Positions 1-11,700 of a stretch of 64,000 nt of DNA are shown here, piece after piece (within the stretch, counting starts at the first letter, position 1; every line of letters starts with the position of its first letter). The translations under genes and the position numbers were made by a program. The DNA comes from Glaucostegus cemiculus (taxonomy: Eukaryota), in the NCBI GenBank assembly GCA_976551045.1, contig CDPCPM010000054.1:18290001-18354000 (forward strand), given 5' to 3'. The notes below the pieces were generated by a model. That model made no database searches. It saw nothing but the letters and a program-made list of their open reading frames with translations, and had not been told where the DNA came from.

Positions 1-38
1 GAATGGACTTGCTCAATATATTGCTTTTTTTCCTGTTA

Positions 39-720
39 AGAACATAAGAAGTTGGAGCAGCAGTAGGCAATGTGGTCCCTGGAGCCTGCTCTGCCATTCA
101 AAGTCTTCATGCCTGGTCCAATCTTTGGCCTCAACTGCTCTTTCCAACCTGATCCCTTAAAGTTTGAAAATCTGTCTCAGCTTTGGATGTACTTAATGAA
201 TCAGCCTCCATGTTGCTCTCAGGTAGAGAAATACAAAAGTTCACAAACAACTCAGAGAAGAACTTACTCCTCATCTCATTGTTAAATGAGAAACCCCTTA
301 TCTCATCTATATTCCCTAACACCAGACAAAACATACCTTAAGTGTCTAATCTGTCAAGACCCCTTAGAAACTTATATGTTTCAATAAGATCCTTTCATGA
401 TTCTAAATTCCAGATAATATAGGTCTAATCTGCTTAAACTTTCCTTCATGAATCTTTAATTTGCCTCTGAGACAAATATGTCTTCCTTTAAATAAGGAGA
501 TCAAAACTGTACATGCTACTCCACACCATAGCCCTGTATAAGGCTTCCCTGTTCTTTTACCTATCTCCCTCCAATGACAGCCAACATCCCATATGCCTTT
601 CTGATTACTTGCTATACCTGTGTATTCAACTGACTTACATCATCTAAGTAATATTTTGCTTTTCTTTCCTGCCTATCAATGTGGATAATTTCATATTCCT
701 CTATGTTATACTCCATCTAC
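39..720 (-). mobile_element. Decayed CR1-type LINE, 3' portion
   Basis: Begins with the reverse complement of a typical CR1 3' tail (aagaacataagaagttggagcagcagtaggc). Minus-strand ORF 131-334 reads 'FSFNNEMRSKFFSE', like the CR1 ORF2 C-terminus. Confidence 0.7.
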
Positions 721-3224
721 TACTCGTATTATTGATGAAAAAATACATTTCTTAATTCTAGAGGTTCAGTTTCCATATACAGCTCTTTACAAAGTTATGC
801 ATAACCATTTTAGCTGTTACAAATAGTTTCTTTTCCTGGCTGGTTAATTTCTTTAAGAACTGAGCTTTTATTGTAACTCTGATTATATTTCATAAGGTAG
901 AATTTACTGAGAGACTTGCCATTGTTATGTTTGACTTGCAGTCATGGAGGGGTTAAATAGTTTGTTAAACCAATTCCATACTAGTTAATAAGATGTATGT
1001 GGACCCAATGACATAAGGAAATTATGAAGGATGGGTTAAATATTTTAATTGTTAAATAGCACACTACACTGGTATTCATTGCTCAACTAGCCTTTACTCA
1101 TTTCCTATAAATGTTTATTAAAATATTAGCTCTAAATTAAGTCACTGAGCACAAAATGAAGCCTTGTAAAATTCAGTCATTGTTATTGCAACAGTCTGGA
1201 TAGGATTACATTTTTGAAGAAATAAAAATGAAGCAGATGGTGTTCACAGGCAAAGAAGTTTCATTTAGTAACTCTTGTATTACAAGTGATTAAAAAAAAG
1301 AAGCGAGATGGCTGATCATGTAGTTTTATTAATAAATGCATCCTGTTTTATGGAAGCAAGTGTTACTTCCAACGATGAGGATTGGTGGTAATTGAGTATT
1401 CAGTAAATAGTCAGGCGCCGACTGTCGCCATACTGCCGTCCGCCGGAGTTGGGGCACTGGGTAAGCCTTTTCCCTAAAAAAATAGTCTGTATTATGAGTC
1501 CTTTTCTAGAGCACACTTGCTACAGAATCTAGAGAATATATGGATGCCATCACTTCTGAAAACAAGTTGCAGAAAATATTCTACACTTCACCCCTGACCC
1601 CCATTCCCTCCTGCACCCTGTCCGAATGAAGGCTGTCATAACTATCTTATAAAAAGCCCAAGAACTGCAGAAACCCAGAGCTGGTTCTCTAACATATTTC
1701 TGTCTTATTATGTCTAATCTGTGATTTATTTTGATGAGGCTTTGCTGAAGAGAGGGGATCTTGCTGGGTAAAGAAGAGGGCAATCACTTTTTATTCGATA
1801 AATTCTGCATAATTACCTTCACCGAATAGCTTATTTCAGCTATAACCAGAGTAGTTGGAACTTGAAAGAATAGGGGAGATACTGAACTATGGAGAGACGT
1901 TTTCTACTTTCCAAATGCTTGGATGGGTTTGAGGGAAATTGATCTTGTAAGTATTATGCAAAACACAAACGTTAGAAACACAAAATTCATTGATCAAAAT
2001 ATATTTGGAAACCAAGGTGTTCATAATGTTTCTTAGTAAAATAAATTAGGGAAAATATTTCCTTGAGTGCATAATTTCACTGCCATTACTGAAAGAAACA
2101 AAAAGATTCAATAGGTTTGTAGAAATGTATGATGTGATATGGATTGCCATACCAGAAATAATAAAAGCAGAATTCTGAACAATGTAAGAAAAGGAATTAA
2201 GTAACTTTTTGCAAAATAAGTGTGTAAAGCTTTTGAGTAGGGGAATGGGACAATTTTCAAATGATTAGGCATGAAGTTTTACTCATATCTTAGCAGTGGT
2301 CTTCATTTGCATGAGCCTTTGTCCAAGTTTCCTTATTTTTTTAATCCTTTGTTCCAAAAGCAATGTTGCTTATCAGGCACTATTATTTTAACACAAATAA
2401 GTTTTGCTATAAACATTCCTCACGCTGGAAATGTTTGTTTAATTCCACATATTTATCATTCCCCATAATAAGTTGCAGCCTTCTGAAAATCCAACATTCA
2501 TATCCCAAAGGATATAAGTTGGATGCCTTAGTCCTGAAGTTATGAGAACAGTACTGTTTGAACATTGTTTTGTTGAGTGTTAATAGACATATGAGTTAGG
2601 CATTAAAATGGATTGGGAGTAGAATGTGTCTTTATATGATTCCAGGAATCATAAAAAAACAACAAAATAGCACAATTTTAACTGATATTGTAAACATTTA
2701 CAGAGTGTGATATAAGGATTGGGGAGTACACATTACGTTGAGGATACAAGTTAGAATACCACAAAAACAATTAGAAGCAGAAACATGTATTATTTTAAAA
2801 TGTGTTAAAATATGTTAAAATATTTGTCTGAGGAAGTTACAAACCATAGATATAAAATTTGGACTTGAGGGCCAAAGATATTGCTAAAGGTTAATCTTAG
2901 TTTAAAGATTAATCATTAAAAGCTCCCTTACACATCATGCATCAAAACATTGCATTTTCAAGATATCTTACAGTGGGAGGGGTTTGTGAATAATTGAATT
3001 ACTTGTCAGAACATTGATTTTACTTGATTATGCTGGAGAAAGTTGGAAAACAGAGGAGCACTGACAACAGAAATCCTAGCAGTTTTGATTTTGTAATAAT
3101 GCTGAACACTGATATTTTCTGCCGTTCCTCCTGGAAAGTCTGATCCTGTGTATATTTGGAAGTATGTTAATAGCATGATTTTAATAGCACAGCAGTTTGT
3201 ATCCATATTGAGTCTAGAAGATAT

Positions 3225-3720
3225 CTCATAGGACTGAGATCAAAAGGTTACAAGTAATAAAAGTCGCAATTTATTGGGGAGAATGGAGGCAATTGTACAG
3301 ATAGGTTTATAGGAAGCTTTCAAAGGCATGAAGGGAGATAATGAGGAAGCAAGTTTTAAGGCATGCGATCAAATTCAATAGGGAATTCTGAAGGAAAGTC
3401 TTTATTCAGGGCGGTGAGAATGTGGAACTCGCTCCCACTGAGAGTAATTGAAACAAATCGTTTAGATTCGTTTAAGGGAAGGGCGGACATAAATATGGAA
3501 ACAGAGTTCCGATGCAGGGTTGAAACCCAAAATGCCGACAATCCCTTTCCCCCCACAGATGCTGCCTGACCCGCTGAGTTCCTCCAACACATTGTTTGTT
3601 GGACAAGGGTATGAGTGAGGAAAGGATAGAGGGTTACACTGAGACATTTAAATGAGAACAGATGGAAAGACGCTCAAGTGGAACTTGAACACTAGCATGG
3701 ACAGGTTATGGCAAATTCCA
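3225..3720 (+). mobile_element. Decayed CR1-type LINE 3' end, interrupted by a short element at ~3503-3601
   Basis: ORF 3363 reads 'RAVRMWNSLPLRVIETNRLDSFKGRADINM', matching the CR1 ORF2 C-terminal pattern RVVxxWNSLPxxVVEAxxLxxFKxxLD. Confidence 0.7.
3503..3601 (+). mobile_element. Short Penelope-LTR-like repeat with a degenerate hammerhead-like core
   Basis: ccgatgcagggttgaaacccaaaatgccgac followed by cacagatgctgcctgacccgctgagttcctcca. A near-identical family member lies at 15867-15967. Confidence 0.55.
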
Positions 3721-3901
3721 TATCATGTATCGTAGATAATAGTGACTGAATAAGAATGTTAGACACTCATTATCAATATTGAATTTTTGTTCTGTAAGTT
3801 TTTAGCCAGCTTGACTTTTGCAGTTTAAAAATAAAGATTATGTTGTGCAAAACCATGATGAGGGAATATTGATCTTCTGCTTTTTGTGTTCCCTTCCACA
3901 G

Positions 3902-4070
3902 CCAAATAGTAGTGGTCAAGTAGTGGGCAAAGTGCCTGGTCATTTTACATCAGTACTGGCTCCCTCACCCCATCATGGCATGTCCAGACCGGTGACCCTG
4001 GCCATGTCTTCAGACACTAAACCCATCACTACATCAACCGAAGGTGAGGCATCATCATCCCCATCATCCA
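3902..4070 (+). CDS. NFIB: NFIB internal coding exon (proline-rich C-terminal region), [47 protein letters not shown](GEASSSPSS); alternative donors after 4043 and 4070
   Basis: Polypyrimidine tract and cag acceptor at 3899-3901; donors G|gtgagg (4044) and A|gtaagt (4071). Translation closely matches mammalian NFIB '[25 protein letters not shown]...[11 protein letters not shown]' as recalled, and differs from NFIA. Confidence 0.96.
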
Positions 4071-5669
4071 GTAAGTACCATTAAGTTAGATGAGGTGTTA
4101 ACCTGTGGTTATAAAATCCTGATCAGGAATAGAGTTCACAATCATGAGGTAAATAAAATAATATCTATAGAAGTATTTTTCGCTGAGTTACATATGCTTG
4201 GTAAAACAGGTTTGTTTTGCCTTTTGTTCTTTTCTCTCTCATTTGCATTATTAAAACAGAACCTAAAATATGCAAACACAATAGAGTGGCAATAACCTTA
4301 CACAGCCAATTGGATGATGAGGACTAATTCTTGTGAACGTAAGATGAATTTCAGTAAAGGCCAGCTTATTTGACCGCTAACTTATCAGCTCCTCCTAAAC
4401 AATGAACATCATTGGACAGAGATATAATTATACTTGAACTTTTGATTTTACGGTAATAATAAATTATTCCAGAAAATTTGGTTTGTGACAGCTGCAACCT
4501 ACAATTGAAATGGTATTATGAGCTTTGACTGACCACAGCAAATTTCAAGAGAGCGGTCTCAGACTGTATTAATGATGAAAATCAGATGTGCTGGAACGTG
4601 CTGAGATAGATCATCTTTTTCCCAAGTACTGTGGTTAAACTGCCACACTGTGTTCCGTATCTCTGTCTGGATGAAGTTAACAAAGGCTCACTAATGTGTT
4701 CCGTGGGAGACTGTCAGCAATGAAATAGGAGAACAATGTCTTCTTTTGAGAAAACCTCTAGACAGCTGCGACTTGTGTACTAATTGATTTGCTGTGGCTT
4801 TGCAGCTTCTCAGCTGTTCAAACCCGTGTCTGGTCACGTATAAAGTACAGGTAGTTGTCCTGAGCCCAAGAATTAAAGGTGAGCTTACACTGAATGCAGT
4901 AAGTGTGTATTTTTTTTTTGTCCTAAACCCAAAACTTCTGGTGAGCTTTATTGGAACAGTTCTGCCATGGTATTGCAGTGAACTTTATAACATGTATGCT
5001 TATAAACTTATTTCTAATTCAAAATCAATGAAAAAAAGACATATTTGTGGCTAGCCATGAACTTGTGGTTTGAGCAAGTTTTCTCCATTCCTCAACAAAG
5101 ATGGTGTTAGAGCAGCAATAATTCCCCAGTAGTTTTTCAAGCTTACACAGTGAGTAGCTGAACAGTACTTGCTCAGTAACGAAAGCCCTCAGTTTAATCC
5201 TCCCTCTGTGTTTAGTTAGTTGATCACACAATGGTGGGGTAGTGGCTTTGCAGTTGACCTCAGTGTTCCTGGTTAGGAGAGTTAATATTTGCCATGGGTC
5301 ATTCTCCTCACTGCCATTCTGTGACATTTGGTATTGGGTGAAGACTAGATAAGGCCAGACCCCATGACTGAACATTTGCCAACACTTCAGATGCAGAGCC
5401 TTTCAATAATGTTGCAAGGTACCTGGAGCTAATTAGCAGACACAGACTCTGCTCCAGCAAGAAAGGGAAGGGACAAGATAATTAAATTGGTGCCAAAAAT
5501 AAACAATAGTAAATTCAATAAGAGACTTAATCTCAATATTTTCAAAGATGATTTTCTTCCTGATTTCAATTTTATTTTTATATACTGAGGTTTCTTTTGC
5601 TTATTTTAAATGTTACCATTTCTATTCAAACCAGCTGCAGGGTAAATTTCACAATTCGTACAGTGCACA

Positions 5670-6140
5670 GCTTTGGTAAACTGAAATTGCTAGAAATCAC
5701 TTAGCAGGTCAGAGAGAGACAGAGGTAACATTCCAGATCAGTGATCCTTCACCAGAAGTGGAAAAGATCAGAGAGAAAGCAAGTTTTAAGGTGCAGAGAA
5801 AGATGGAAGAAGAAAAGGGCAGATCTGCAATGGGGTAGAAGCAGGAGCAGTTAAATGATAAAATTGTTGATTGTATAAGTTAAGGGGGGGTGGTAATAGA
5901 ATGTGCAAAACAATAAAAGAAAGGTCTGGTTAAGGTGAAACAGCAGAATCATTACCTAAACTGGTTGAACTTAATGTTTTGCCTAGGAGATTGGATTAAA
6001 CATAGGTAAAAGGTATTGTACTATTTCTCAAGCTTACATTAAACTTTACTCAACAGTCCGGTAGATTGAGGAAAATCTGAGTAGAAAATTAAAAGTATAG
6101 ACAACCAGAAATTCTGGTCACACTTACAATCTGAATGGAA
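5670..6140 (-). mobile_element. Decayed Penelope-like element fragment
   Basis: Left end carries the same 'gctagaaatcacttagcaggtca...gagacagag' terminal motif as other copies. The minus strand has a degenerate hammerhead-like core (ctggtga a ggatc act gatct ggaa). Purine-rich flank. Confidence 0.45.
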
Positions 6141-7227
6141 GGGTCTGAAAAGTCAATTTGTATTTAGATCCATTCATTTCTGTCAAAACATTACTCCGTA
6201 GTCTTTGCAATACCCATTTATTTTGCTTCAGCATTTTTTGCACCAATACCTTCTGAAAAATTACTTTGGTGTAAAACCACCAATTAAAACTGAAAAGCCA
6301 GCTAAAGTCCAAAATCATAAACTAATCAAAGATTACAAGTATGAAAGAAAGATATTCCTGACAGATGATTTGCTCTCCTTCCCATTATATGGGCACTAGA
6401 GCAAACTTTCAAATAGTGTGGAATGATTGCTAAGAAATTAACAAAGCTGAACTGTTCAGTGGTAGTAGAGTGCCCTACTGCAATTATAAAATACAGTCCA
6501 CTGAAATTAATCAAATGAATCTTGGAAAGTACAATAAAATATGCAGCTGCTACCAAACATCACCTCTAAACACAACTGGCTAGAGGTAACTTTCTAAACA
6601 GGGTTCTGTTCAAAGGTTGCCTTCACACTATTTTTCACCAAGATCACAAATTTTATCTACAAACGCCCTGTGCTCTCCATCCTTAAAAAGATGACAGCTG
6701 TCAATTTATTCAGAAAGATGGTTTTCCTGAAAGAAGAGATGTTCCTTGCTCCACTCTGATAGTATGTCTCCAGCAGTCAGCTCAAATAGTCAGGCAATTA
6801 CTTTAACGTTTAGATGTTGGATTGGACCTCTCCCTGTATTCTGAAAACCTAAAGCTGTGAATGCACTGAAATTTGCTAATTTGATCTGACAGTGCTAAAA
6901 ACATGATAATATCCATTGAAATCTAGGGCAAAGGGCAACCTTCAGAATTAAGCCAGAACACATTGTAAAGAAACAAGATTCATTTTGTTAAACTAATTAT
7001 TGAACTGATAACATGGCATTCCACTGTATGTGATTTCTTTTAGCAGATGTTAACTCATTAGAGAAAATTAATGTCTCCTCTTAAAAAGGCAGACAAAGAA
7101 ATGTCTCATTGAATGAATTCTTCTGTTAGTATTGCCAGAAGCAATACTTAAGCTGTTTTACCCCAAGTACTGAGATAGGCATAGGTACCAATTGCTATTT
7201 TTTGCTCAGTTTTTTTTTAAACCCAAA

Positions 7228-7350
7228 GTAAAATACTGCAGATGCTCAAAATCTGAAGTAAAACAAGTGCTGGAAATACTCTGCAAATCAAGGAATATTT
7301 GTGGAGCTATTTGACTTGCTGAATACTTCAAGCATTTCTATTTTATTTTT
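7228..7350. repeat. Short foldback (MITE-like) repeat of the Penelope-terminal family
   Basis: aaaatactgcagatgct...gtgctggaaatactc on the left and gctgaatacttcaagcattt on the right are imperfect inverted copies. Confidence 0.5.
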
Positions 7351-7487
7351 AACTTAAAAATATATTCTGCCTCCATATCTGAGACGTTTGCCATATACAA
7401 CAGTTTGCTTTAATAATGCAATGAAAGGTTTATATATAACAGTTTACAAAAGGCCTATTGAATTGAACTTTTCTTTGTCCTTACCAG

Positions 7488-7573
7488 CCTATACAGGTTC
7501 AGGTACACCCCCCGCCAATCGGCAATTTGTGGGACTCAGCTCGAGGGACCCAGCCTTTCTACACCAGCAGCAG
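7488..7573 (+). CDS. NFIB: NFIB coding exon (A/T)YTGSGTPPANRQFVGLSSRDPAFLHQQQ
   Basis: Acceptor ttttctttgtccttaccag| and donor CAG|gtgggc. The 86 nt are in phase with the upstream exon. Matches NFIB '[27 protein letters not shown]'. Confidence 0.95.
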
Positions 7574-8644
7574 GTGGGCACAATTCCTATAACTCTTTGT
7601 CTAGATATATACAGTTACAGATCCATAGCATTAGCACACCACTGATCCTCTAAGCCTTTCATACCATAAAAATGTTGGTGAGAAACCATGAGGTAACTTA
7701 GCCTGTCTTTGTCTTTACAGTAGTGAATACCACTTCCCCTCCCTACTCCAAAACATAATGAGGCTCTGGTTGTGATGAGAATCCTAATATGGCTCCCATT
7801 GTTTCATTAATTGTAGGATAAACAAGAGTTCACAACAGCATTATTGATCACACTGTTCAAGTGTTCTATGTGCTGTTGCATTGCTATGGGAGTCTTGCCT
7901 GCTTAAGTGGTGGTAACACATAGCTGCTAAGCATTGTCATCAGAAGAGCTTTAGAGTACAACTATTTGTGAAAGAAGACACTAACATTCCTGCAGGTTTT
8001 TAAGAGATAAGTCAAAACCCTTTTCCACAATTAACTGACTTTCTGTCAGCAGGTGTTGCAAAACCAACAAAGAAAAATCAGGTAAATGCTTGGTGAAAAA
8101 ACAACTACAAGGATACAGGAAAAGAGTGGGGAGTGAGATTACACTTAAAAGAGCTAGTACAGACTCATTGGGCTGAATGATTTCCCCATTCTCTGATCCC
8201 ATGCATCATCTGATTTGATTCTGGGGAGTCAGACATTTCCACTAGAAACTCCAGGGTTGAATTTTCTCCATCAATTTAACAGCCTTTCTCCCTGGAAGGG
8301 ACAGATGACTTAAATTGTCCATTGCAGTGATTTTGAAGTGAGCTTAAGCAGGCATACTGATGATTTATCAACTTGACAGTCAACAACTACACATAATTTA
8401 CAAGCAATTTTGTGAATCATGTTAAGACCCCAGCACTCATTTCCTTCAAATACAACATTGGTGATAGTCTGAGTCAGAGGGGAAGGACACACAACTGAAT
8501 TGTCACGGGCTCTGAGATTGCCTTCGATCTTCACCTGGACTATCAGTGTGATGCACGAACATTTGTCCTCAGACACCATTGGTTCAAAGTTTCATCACAA
8601 AATAAAAGGGGAGGGCTGGGAGACTGAGAGACATCCAACATCCA

Positions 8645-8740
8645 ATCCAGGCAAATGGGTTTAGTATAGAAGGTACAGCGGTGGACATGTGTGTGGTGGA
8701 CTTGAGGGCCCATTTCTGTGCTGTGCTACCAAATGAATCT
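8645..8740 (+). mobile_element. Short LINE/SINE 3' tail fragment
   Basis: gcaggcaaatggg...tagtatag...gtggacatg...gggcc..tttctgtgctgt pattern, repeated at 31325-31432 and 41285-41412. Confidence 0.5.
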
Positions 8741-11700
8741 ACAATAGGTATCCTTATTGACGGTGTTTAAATTATTTGAAAATCTATCTAATTATTTATT
8801 TTGTTCCTTCGCAGTATTTGTCATAAATGTATAAATACCTGTGGTGGTCAGTAAATACGATTTATGTACAAGTCATGAAATAAGAGTAATTCTTAGTTGT
8901 GCTGAGGCATCTCCCTGTCACTGCTCTCACATGCTGAAACAATACTCAAATTGTCAATTAATGATGTCTTCCTGTCATTAAATGGTATGACTTCAGTATT
9001 GATAGGCAAGATCTATATAAACATTACTGTATTTGGCATAGCATTCTATCATAAATCAACATTTAATAAAATGACTGAAGTGTAAACACTCCTTGAAATA
9101 TGATTGAACAGAATCACTGACTTGATGGGCACAGCCATGGTAAATTGAGAAAGCAATATCCATGACAAATTGATGGCTTCAACATTAAGTTTACAATAAA
9201 GTGCGTGCATATGTCCATTATTGCTTAAACAATGTCGCTTTGCCAGAATAACCTCAAGTGCTCATTTTTGAACATCTGAAAACCAACCACAAAAGCCACA
9301 AAGTAATAATTAGTGGTTTTGCTTCTCTGTCCTTTTCTGTCATATTTACTTGTAGTCACTCCTTGCAATTTTCTCTTTTAATATTTTTTATTAAATTTCC
9401 CTTAAAATAGTCTGATTTTCAAAATGAAAGTACCATATTCATCTAAAACCTCATGCATGGTATATTGAACTCTGCAAGAAGATTTGCAGACAATACTGCC
9501 AGAGAAATGAGAAGACCAAATGACTTTAAGACAGAGCTGCACATGGTCCTTTTTCAAAGGGAACTTTAGTTGAGTGAATGAGGTAATTTTGGCACACTGC
9601 CCCTCTATTAGTCACCCAGGTATGGTTCTGCAAAGAGCATAAATTAACCCTGAAGCAGTAACATGAGGTTGTTGAATGTATTGTGCTGTAAGATATACTC
9701 AGATTTTCTCCCATCTCTACGTCAACTAATATCAACAACTCCCTGATTTGAAATCTCATCTTTTCTATTGATGGATGCTTCATGTTCAGGAATCATCAAT
9801 GCTTCTTTTGCTTATGTTTTATTTTAATTCTAGAAAGCATAAGTATTTAGTGGTTTTATTTGTGAATGCCATCAGAAGCAGTTTCATGTGTTAGAAGCTC
9901 TTCTGATCATGTTCTATTCTTATCTGGTGGGATTTAATGCATGTTCAAATTCTTCCTAGAAAATGATCATAAACATCAAATGCAATCCAACCTTGTCATT
10001 GAAAACTCTGATATTAGGAGGTTTTTATTTCCCAAAACAAAATCATGTTTCATAGCCACAGCAGAATCAATTCATGGAAGCAAGACCTCAAACTGCAATA
10101 AATTAGGTCTCTGATGAGAACTGCTGCCTTGTCATTCCTAGTACAGTTTCAATTTCTGTTTTACACATGGCAAGACCAAAACAGCATATAACCAATAAAA
10201 GCAGAAACATAAGGAAAAATTTCTTTATGCTTCTTTCCATACCCTCCCCAAAACATTATTATTTCATAATTAACCATCCCAAATTCAAATTTTAAGTTTG
10301 TTTAACAGCTTGAAGTGGTCTTTATATATTTCATACAGGCACAAATTCTATTCTTTTCATTAGCCATGACTGATTTAAATCCAATAGTGAAAATTTCCAC
10401 TGTGTCCAGATTTAGTATAATCATAATAAGGTATAATTTACACATTTATAATTCCTCTGTAACTTGTAAACAATCTTTCATACCAGAGAGCCCTGTCAAA
10501 CTAAGCGGCAATCAGTTCAGTTTTTCTCTATTTTAAATTAACTAGAAGCTATCAGAAGTGACATTAGCAGCAATGTTCATATCCCTTGTACAAATTATTG
10601 AAACAAAAAGTGCTGTTATCAAATTGTCTGAACGGTATAGCTTAGAAATAAATTAAGTCAATCATACAAAGCGCTGGTAGTTTTGCAATATACCTGAAAT
10701 AGCATTAACAGATCTAGCATAAATTGAAAATTGCAGTGTGTTAGAAATGAACTTTAATTGATCAGACCAGTATGTGGTATATTTTAAATATGCATCCATC
10801 ATCTGTAATTCCTACACTTACCTTAAGAATAATTAAGGAATAAAAAGTGAAAACGTCATGCCACTTATGTAAGTAAACAATTTTAATAGTTATCTTTGTA
10901 CATATAACACAGAATTGTAGTTTATGAGCTTGAAAGCAAAGTGAATATAAATGAATTAGATATAGACACTTAGATTCTGTGTGGTGCTTTAGAGATATGA
11001 ATTTAGAAGAAAGCTTTTATTGCTTATCTGCTTTACAGTGTTAGATACTTATTCCTTTGCACTTACACAGCAAAAAAATAAATTGGACATAAATAGAAAG
11101 GTCAGAATAAATCAACAAAATAAGTATTTATCATTATACAGTAAATGAGCCAAGAAAAGGGGAAAATAATGGGAAGAATGAATTGACATGGATCTTTTTA
11201 ACACCAGATATTTTAATAGGTGGTGACCCTTAGTATAAATAACATCAATTGTGTAACCTTTCCACTTTGCTGTTGCTGCCTGCATTGTGATTTATATATC
11301 TGCGGTATAATATCATATGACCATGTGCTCTGTTATGGCATTGTTAAGTGGCTTGTGTTCCAAGAAAAACCTGGAATATTTTTACAGATGAATTGTGGAC
11401 AGCAAAGCTATGTCAGGCCTGTAGTGGGATAAGCTGTGTCTCTTTATACTTCTACAGTCATTTCATTGAATAAAAGTCTGGTAAAGTTGCTTACAAGAAG
11501 CAACATTCAAGATTCCATGTATCATTCAGCTTTAATAATAAATAATGTTGCTCTGAGATCCTTAGCTACTCTGAGCATAGATGTATTTGCTAATATTTCA
11601 CCTTGTAATCTTTAATTGCAAAAGTACCAAGCCACAAAAATCAGAGAGTAATGCTTTACAGAACATATTATGGTGGGAAAAAGTCAATTAAACAAATAAA

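Noticed and set aside
3818-3901. ORF-track N-terminal extensions of NFIB exons (also 7388-7487 and 7574-7645)
   Set aside because: They lie outside clear splice sites, include polypyrimidine tracts, and have no NFI similarity.
3902-7573. Assignment to NFIA, NFIC or NFIX
   Set aside because: '[12 protein letters not shown]', 'FLHQQQ' and the LRICDWTMNQ cassette match NFIB as recalled. NFIA has '[20 protein letters not shown]' in this region.
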